Assembly (NCBI RefSeq): GCF_009914755.1
Contig: NC_060932.1
Reading direction: 5' to 3' (one strand)
Origin: the human T2T-CHM13v2.0 reference genome, Homo sapiens
Length of the DNA stretch: 64,000 nucleotides
Part shown: positions 55,951 to 64,000 of the stretch, piece by piece
Numbering within the stretch: position 1 is the first letter of the stretch
How the letters are laid out: the number at the start of each line of letters is the position of its first letter
Program-made: the position numbers and the translations under genes
Notes under the pieces: generated by a model
The model's database searches: none
What the model was told of the DNA's origin: nothing
Seen by the model: the letters and a program-made list of their open reading frames with translations, nothing else

Positions 55951-57756
55951 TCCAAGGGCTTGAACATTTCTTGACTTGTTGGCAATCCAAATCGTTACGT
56001 CTCCGAAACAGAGTTGACTGAGGGGACCGCAGGGCTGGGCAGGACCTTTGACTTGCTATACATCCACAGGAGCAAGAAAACCTCAGCCCCACTCTACCAA
56101 CACGCACCTAGTAAAATTCCGCCAACCGCATCTCACGCACGCTAACACGTGGGGAGCGTTGCTTGCACCACGAGTCCCCATTTGGCTCAACCGCCGATGC
56201 CAAGTGTGTGGTTCCAGTTGCGACGGCCCCCCGTGAAGTGGCTTCCGGATGTGCGAAGGAACCAGGCAGAGTTTCACTGGCCAAATAGACCCCAGCAAAG
56301 CTGAAGTTAACTCCCACATTTGGGATGTACTTCAGAGGTAAAACATTCATCCCGTCTTCTTTCCGGATGTCTGACACCATGGTTCTCCCCCTGATCCTAA
56401 GAGTAGCTGAGGTAGAGACTCACTGAAAGATCTAGGCAGGGATATCCCATCATGCACAGGCTCTCTCCATTCTCTGACCTGGGAACAACTCTCAGCAGGA
56501 TTCCACATCTAGGAGGCCTCGGAACTCAGTGGGATTTTCTGAGACACACCAACTGGCTGCTCCCTCTCCGCCGCTGTTGAGGGTCGTTATCTTGATTATC
56601 CAGATCACCTAGAAAGTATCCGTATCCAGAATGAATAAGATCAACTCTCTGCTCCTCTGACAGCAGAGGGAGCAGGACCATAAGGAACCAAAGAGCGTGG
56701 AAGGAAACGATGTGACAGGAAAGCTCAGAGAACGGCCACAGGGGGTCGTCAGCAGGCCTTCCAACCTGAATCATGAATAATTAATGAAGCGCAAATCAAA
56801 GGGGACTCGAGTTTCAGCAGGAGCAATTCATCCAACGGGAGATCGCCGGAGGGCCAACAAGATTGAGAGACTGGGAGCCGGGTGCAGTGTCAAAGGGGAC
56901 GCGACTGGTTCCAAAGCTCGAGAAGACCATGGGGTCACTTGGGCTACATGAGAAAACGCCCCAGTGTGCTGGTTCATCATTCCGACTCCTGCCTGTCTCT
57001 TCCCGTCCAAGGAACATGGACCCTAAGTCGTGCAGGTGCGGATGACCATGGGCAGAATTAGGGGCCGTGGCACAAAAGTTCACCGACACGGGAGTTCCAC
57101 AGAAGGTGCGGTGGATCTTCGCAAATCCAGAGACATGGCAATGGGACCCAGGGAATTAGAGCCTCACAGGCGTCCGGGAGTCGCAAGACGAGCTGAAAAA
57201 GGAGCCAGGCACTGAAGGACAAAGCGTTGTTGACTTTCCTCATCTGTGTTTCCCAGTGCGGTCCAATTCACGGTGGTTTCCAAGCGCCTCCTGGGGGAGA
57301 AAACACATGAGGGTGCGGTCAGGGTTCTCTGCTGACAGACTTACCTTGGGGAAGAAAGAGAAGCTCTGAAGATGGATCATGGCCGTGACTGCATGTCAAG
57401 GAGAGTCTCCTTGATGACACTGAGGCCTACGTCGAGAGAGACAAAATGTGGTCCAATTAAAAGGTGTCTATTTTACCACATTTTTTAAAACGAAACAAAA
57501 CAAAACAACAAAAAAGATGGAAAAGAAGACAGGGGTACAGGCACCAGTGTTACATGTCTGACGGGGAACATCTATTGTTCAAAGCTTGCAGCTGTACAAG
57601 TAGGTTTTAGAATGTCTGTCAGCAGTGGACAGGATCTTAGAGTGGGCTGTGCAGATAGACCTTTCCAGGTCATGTAATTGGATTAAGTTAATTGCAATTA
57701 AGGTACAGGTAACTGATTAGGTTAGGGTACGTTCCATGTCAGGTGACCAGAGGCAG

Positions 57757-57763
57757 TATAAAA
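57757..57763 (+). promoter_or_regulatory. TATA box of probable FAM90A promoter
   Basis: gTATAAAAggc ~1.15 kb upstream of the ATG, followed by a GC-rich segment. Confidence 0.55.
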
Positions 57764-58915
57764 GGCAGCCTGGAAAGCGGAGGTCCCTCTCCGCCCCTTC
57801 CTCCGTCGTTCTGGATGCTGCATCGCTTCCAGCGGGGCTGCTGCAGCACCTGCCCATCTCAGCGCCAGCCTGGGAAAGAAAGTAGACGTGTAATTTCAGG
57901 TTAGTTTCGCTGAACAATTGTTTCTTTCACGCAATCCCTGGGGGGGTTTTGCGGGGGGTGGGGGGGAGGAAGAGACAAAGGAGGCCGAAAGAAACCGATC
58001 ACACTGGGGCTTGCTGGTGGGGTAGGATGTGTTCTCGTTACTAGTAATTCTTGGAACAGAAAACGAGAAAACATATCCGTCTCCACGTGTGGGAGAAGAC
58101 CAAGATGGGAATGCGAAAAGAAATGTACTGCAGCATGCTGAATTGGTGGGTAAACGGCAAAAGGACTTTGGAAAAAAGGGTGGTTGGCCCTTGAGCCGTG
58201 TAAGACGTCGATACGATATGGCACTTCTTCCCCGTTTGTTCAGATGAATTCGTGTGGTGTGCGTAAAATACCAGGAAAATAAATAAAGAGGGGCTGGAGC
58301 TAAAGCCAAAAGATAGAACAGGAAAGACCATCACCTGCTAGTGCGGTAGAGAGGAAGGTAACTTCTCTGTATGAATTTGTGTTTGGAAGTTGCCTAATGA
58401 AATGGCAAGAGTAGCGATTCAAGTTGTCACAGGAAGCATCCCTTATCCCTGACTTCAAGCAGACCTGCCAAAGGGTGGCACACGCCATGCCCTGTGTCTT
58501 CGATCATTCTGTCCGTCAAGGGAGATAGAATCACCGTGTCTTCTACCGGAGTGAATCGTGAGAGACCTAAGTCCAGTCTCCAGAATCAGTTGTTTGTTTG
58601 GGGTTGAAAGCTCAACCCCCCATACCTAGGCCACGGGCCCTGTGGCAGGTGGGGTTTACTCTTGGACTAGGTAGTCATGGCAGAGGAACACACAATATCC
58701 GAGGATGCGCGCAGCACATTGTGTTCTACAGATTTGACCGACTGGTGGTGAGGTCTCCTCATGACCACACAGGCAGGGAGTTAGCAGGTGGCTTCCTGTG
58801 GGTGTGTGAATATCCAACGTGCTTAACCATCGACATGTGTGTGTTTGTGTGTGTTTCAGGTGGCCCAACAGTCCACCCCTGAAAAAGGCGGTCATAAAAC
58901 CCCCAGGAGACGAAG

Positions 58916-61900
58916 ATGATGGCACGTCGGGACCCCACATCTTGGGCCAAGAGACTGGTGAGAGCCCAGACCCTCCAGAAGCAGCGGAGGGCCCCAGTTG
59001 GGCCAAGGGCTCCCCCGCCCGATGAAGAAGATCCCAGGGTAAGTCTAGCCCTGGATCTCTTGGGTATCGGGGTGGGGGTGGGGACGGGGGGAGGGGGTGT
59101 CCCACGGTCCTCAGAGACTGGGTTGGATTCCAAAGAGTTCTGTCACCACCAGCCAGGTTGCTTTTCCCATCCAAGGTGGGCGTGCCTTGGGACCTTCTCC
59201 CCGGCCCGATAGGTCCCTTGAGAGACTCTTGGGGGCAACCTCCCTTTCTACTTAGAGTCCTGTGTAGCCACGTTTGGCTGCGTTGTTGACATCGGCTTCA
59301 CCATCGTGCCCCTTGGAACCTTGAGTCCTTCCTTTCAGAGTTCCTCCGTCACACGGGCTTTGCGAGGGAACATCGTATCCGAACTCTCCCAGCACTTAAC
59401 GGCCCCCATGCCGGTGTCCCCTCTTTGGAATCCTTATTCAGCTCTGAATTCACAATCCGTCCCAATGTTGACGTGGGATCGCTGCCTGTGGCTTCAGCTC
59501 ACTCACTGACATCACTTCCTTTCCACCCACAGCTCAAGTGCAAAAACTGCGGGGCCTTTGGCCACACGGCCAGAAGTACCAGGTGCCCCATGAAGTGCTG
59601 GAAGGCAGCCCTGGTTCCAGCGACCTTGGGGAAAAAGGAAGGGAAGGAAAACCTGAAACCATGGAAGCCCCGGGTTGAAGCCAACCCGGGGCCCTTGAAC
59701 AAGGATAAGGGAGAGAAGGAAGAGAGACCAAGGTGAGCAGTGGGAGGGGTTTTCACCACTCTTGGGGTACTGCCTCCTAAGGACATGGTGTCTCTGCACC
59801 TGCACACCGTGTGCCTTTCCGTCTCCGGGCCAGGGAAGGAACGCTGCAGAGAAATAGGCCGGAGCTCCGTGTCCTCCGGGGTTCCACACCCAGGAGCTCC
59901 TTGGGCTCTGGGAGATTCAGGGACGGGGAGAGGCGGGGGCGCTTCGTGCAGGTTCCCCGCCACAGCGGGAAAAGCGATGGAATCCAAATCACAGTCCTTA
60001 GTTGGGGAGCCTAGAGGGCCACCTGGAGGATGGGAAGGTTGGCACGTGAGGGAAGGTGCAGAGGCGGAAAGGGCACCAGATGTCCATTTCTGTATCACAA
60101 GACACGGAATGGGGCTGGGCCCCAGACGGGGTTCTCCCTGTCTCCTGGGGAAAACCAGGGGGCACGGCCTGACCTTTTTCTGTTCTGCAGGCAACAAGAC
60201 CCGCAGAGGAAGGCTCTCCTCCACATGTTTTCCGGGAAACCTCCAGAGAAGCCGCTGCCGAATGGAAAAGGATCCACGGAACCTTCTGATTATCTGAGGG
60301 CGAGTGTCACCCCGGGCCCCTGGTCTTTTTCTCCTCTAGGTCACCCTGGTTGATTTCCTTTCAGCTTCCCGTCTGCGGAAGGAAATCGGGGAACCCCTCT
60401 TTCTTGCCTTCTTGGGGTCAGGGACTCCACGATCCTTCCAGGTCAATTGGATTCCAGGCGAAGGCATCTGAACATGCCGTATTTCCTGTTGCTTTCTTTC
60501 TGTCCAATTATGGCAAGCCTGCCAACAACACGTTCCTAGCGGCATGAGGAAATTAGTCCCTCAGAGGCCCCAAACGTGGAGAAGGCGAAACCCAGGAACA
60601 TGCATGTGTTCAGAGAAGACGTCCCGAGTACCCTTGAGCCACCAACCTGCCTTGGGAAGGGCATTAGTCCGTTCCACTTCATGGAAGGCTGAGTGGAGGC
60701 GCTTTGATCCAGTTAATGCCCAAGACGCGATCTTTTGAACAATGGTGTGCTTAGATCAGCTACACATAGCTCGAGAGCGCATCTTTCATGTGTCTTGTCC
60801 TGATCAGCACTCAGGTGGAGGGTCTGTCCCTACTTCCAAGGACCGCCTGTCGATACTGTACTAAGAATTTCATGGCGTGTGCACCTTGTCTTTGGATGTG
60901 CTTGATTTTCACGTTGGCTCCATGCTGAGGAACTTCTAACCTGTGTTGTTTCCTCTCTTTCAGGTTGCAAGCGGGCCAATGCCGGTCCACACAACCAGTA
61001 AGAGGCCGCGCGTGGACCCTGTCCTCGCTGATGGCTCAGCTACCGAAATGTCTGGCAGGGGCTCCGTCTTGGCTTCACTGTCTCCCCTCAGAAAAGCCAG
61101 CCTGAGCTCCTCCTCAAGTCTTGGACCAAAGGAAAGACAGACAGGGGCTGCGGCCGACATGCCTCAGCCTGCAGTCAGGCACCAGGGCCGCGAGCCTCTC
61201 CTCGTGGTGAAGCCGACACACAGCAGCCCTGAGGGTGGCTGCCGAGAAGTTCCCCAGGCTGCCTCCAAAACCCACGGCCTGCTCCAGGCCGCCAGACCCC
61301 AGGCACAAGACAAACGTCCTGCGGTGACCTCACAGCCCTGCCCGCCAGCCGCCACACACAGCTTGGGCCTCGGCTCCAATCTCAGCTTCGGGCCAGGAGC
61401 CAAGAGACCTGCCCAGGCTCCGATTCAGGCTTGCCTGAACTTCCCCAAGAAACCGAGACTGGGTCCCTTCCAGATCCCCGAAAGCGCCATCCAGGGAGGT
61501 GAGCTGGGGGCCCCGCAGAATCTCCAACCTCCGCCAGCCGCAACCGAACTTGGACCAAGTACGTCGCCCCAGATGGGCAGGAGGACACCGGCCCAGGTGC
61601 CCAGCGTCGAACGGCAGCCTCCGCACAGCAGACCTTGCCTGCCTACTGCCCAGGCCTGCACCATGTCCCATCACTCAGCGGCCAGCCATGATGGGGCCCA
61701 GCCTCTCAGAGTGCTCTTCCGGAGACTGGAAAACGGACGCTGGAGCTCCAGCCTCCTGGCGGCCCCCTCATTTCACTCTCCTGAGAAGCCGGGAGCCTTC
61801 CTCGCTCAGAGCCCTCATGTGTCAGAGAAGTCTGAGGCTCCCTGTGTTCGTGTCCCACCGAGCGTCCTCTATGAGGACCTTCAGGTTTCCTCCTCCTCAG

Positions 61901-61926
61901 AGGACAGCGATTCTGACCTGGAGTGA
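58916..61926 (+). CDS. FAM90A: FAM90A family protein, 464 aa; coding exons 58916-59038, 59533-59732, 60191-60299, 60964-61926
   Basis: MMARRDPTSWAKRLVRAQTLQKQRRAPVGPRAPPPDEEDPR / LKCKNCGAFGHTARSTRCPMKCW (CCHC knuckle) / QQDPQRKALLHMFSGKPPEKP / VASGPMPVHTTSKRPR...LYEDLQVSSSSEDSDSDLE*; exon lengths 123+200+109+963=1395 nt with no stop; introns GT-AG, GT-AG, GC-AG; paralog number not assignable. Confidence 0.92.
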
Positions 61927-62466
61927 GACTGCAGGTGGCAGGGGCTCCTTGGCCTCCAGCTCCCCTGACTTGGAGGGGACTGTGGGACTGAGGAGCGCAG
62001 AGCAGAGAGCAGACTCTGTGCGGTGACTCCGAAGCTCCCCGGCTGTGGCGCTTCTGTGGATGTGGGAGCCCAGGCCAGGCAGGGAGCAGATGCAGGGACT
62101 CTGCCTCATTGAATTCTGGTGAGGGACGTTGTAGTTGGCGTGGTTCTCCCGAAACGCGCCAGGAAAAGCTTCCGTGCCAGAGATTCGTTGCCTCAGAAAC
62201 TGCGTGACGCGCAGGAGTCAGACTTCCGCTGGGACGTCAATAGGAAACTGGGGAATTACTGTGTATTTGCTCTCTAGATGACTGAATAAGGGAAAAGTTA
62301 GGGAACCCTGAGAGGTGCAGCCCTTCCGCTGTGCCCCGCCCTGAGAGCAGAGTTTCGGACGCTGGGAAGCGTGCTGTGTGAAGCGCTCTCGGGGTCTTTC
62401 CTCAGCCTCGAAAACTGGGCTCTGGAATGCCTTTGTACATATGTGTGTTTAATTGGTTTTGAAGTG

Positions 62467-62472
62467 AATAAA
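62467..62472 (+). terminator. Probable FAM90A polyadenylation signal AATAAA
   Basis: 540 nt after the stop codon, followed by GT-rich ccgtgtttgtgtgt. Confidence 0.7.
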
Positions 62473-62540
62473 ATTCTCAAAAAGATGACATATTGTCTTT
62501 TGACTCTCATTCCGTGTTTGTGTGTAACTGATTTTCCAAG

Positions 62541-63572
62541 TGAAGGGGTGGCCTGCCCCTCCACACCTGTGGGTGTTTCTAGTCGGGTGGGATGAGAGAT
62601 GGAGAATAGAAATAAGACACAGAGACAAAGTATAGGGAGACAACAGTGGGTCCAGGGGACCGGCACTCAGCACACCTAGGACCTGCACCGGCACCGGCCT
62701 CTGAGTTCCCTCAGTTTTTATTGATTATGATTATCATTATTACAGCACAAAGGAATGCAGTAGGGGAGCAGGGTGATAATAAGGGGAAGTTCAACAGCAA
62801 CAACAAAAACAAACACGTGAGCAAAAGAATCCATATCATTATTAAGTTCAAGGGAAGGTACTATGCCTGGACGTGCACGTAGGCCAGATTTATGTTTCTC
62901 TCCACACAAATATCTCAGCGGAGTAAAGAATAACAAGGCAGCATTACTGCCAACATGTCTCGCCTCCCGCCACAGGGCAGCTTTTCTCCGAGCTCAGAGT
63001 TGAACAAATGTACGATCGGGCTTTACACCGAGACATTCAGTTCCCAGGGGCAAGCAGGAGACAGTGGCCTTCCTCCATCTGAACTGCAAGAGGCTTTCCT
63101 CTTTGACTAATCCACCTCAGCACAGACCCATTGCGGGTGTCAGGCTGGGGGACAGTCAGGTCTTTCCCATCCCACGAGGCCATATTTCAGACTGTCACAT
63201 GGGGAGAAACCTTGGACAATACCCTGCTTTCAAGGGCAGAGGTCCCTGTGGCTTTCCACGGTGCATTGCGCCCCTGGTTTATTGAGACTAGGGAATGGCA
63301 ATGACTCCTACCAAGTATACTGCTCGTAAACATTTGGTTAACAAGGCGCGTCCTGCACAGCCCTAGATCCCTTAAACCTCGATTTTATACAACACAGGTT
63401 TTTGTGAGCTCCAAGTTGGGTCAAAGGAAGGGGCTGCGGCAAAGCTACAAATGATCAACATCTCAGTAAAGCAATTGTTTAAAGTACAGGTCTTTTTCAA
63501 AATGGAGTCTCTTATGTCTTCCCCTTCTACATAGACACAGTGACAGTCTGATCTCTCTTTCTTTACCCTACA
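62541..63572 (-). mobile_element. Full solo LTR5A-like (HML-2) LTR with TSD TCCAAG, part of the FAM90A repeat unit
   Basis: tgaaggggtggcctgcccc...taccctaca; TCCAAG at 62535-62540 and 63573-63578. Confidence 0.93.
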
Positions 63573-64000
63573 TCCAAGGGCTTGAACATTTCTTGATTTG
63601 TTGGCAATCCAAATCGTTACGTCTCCGAAACAGAGTTGACTGAGGGGACCGCAGGGCTGGGCAGGACCTTTGACTTCCTATACATCCACAGGAGCAAGAA
63701 AACCTCAGCCCCACTCTACCAACACGCACCTAGTAAAATTCCGCCAACCGAATCTCACGCACGCTAACACGTGGGGAGCGTTGCTTGCACCACGAGTCCC
63801 CATTTGGCTCAACCGCCGATGCCAAGTGTGTGGTTCCAGTTGCGACGGCCCCCCGTGAAGTGGCTTCCGGATGTGCGAAGGAACCAGGCAGAGTTTCACT
63901 GGCCAAATAGACCCCAGCAAAGCTGAAGTTAACTCCCACATTTGGGATGTACTTCAGAGGTAAAACATTCATCCCGTCTTCTTTCCGGATGTCTGACACC

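Larger units (their letters stand above)
55951..63572. repeat. One full 7622-bp FAM90A tandem repeat unit; the next unit starts at 63573
   Basis: 55951-56378 recurs nearly identically at 63573-64000 (offset 7622). Confidence 0.95.

Noticed and set aside
59499-60297. 241-aa antisense and 185-aa intronic ORFs in FAM90A
   Set aside because: GC-rich shadow frames overlapping real exons and introns

Overview
Human/primate genomic DNA from an OR7E-type segmental-duplication mosaic. The content and order (RPS3A retrocopy, VPS51 retrocopy fragment, OR7E pseudogene, satellite-bounded HERV-E gag-pol, start of a 7.6-kb FAM90A tandem array) fit 8p23.1 REPD/REPP-type blocks, but the exact locus cannot be fixed from sequence alone. 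The only apparently intact protein-coding gene is a FAM90A copy (4 coding exons, 464 aa, needing one GC-AG intron). The rest is Alu/L1/L2/MER-rich sequence, solo LTRs (LTR12, HML-2 LTR5A-like), an Alu-Alu-mediated ~7-kb tandem duplication carrying a CpG-island 5' exon of an unidentified multi-exon relic gene, and an Alu-born 17-bp minisatellite. No wholly new biological system is evident. The best leads are the unidentified relic gene, an antisense Kozak-initiated 90-aa ORF in the FAM90A repeat unit, an open HERV-E capsid frame, and several rearrangement junctions readable at base level. Repeat family names are from recalled consensus sequences, and identity estimates are by eye.
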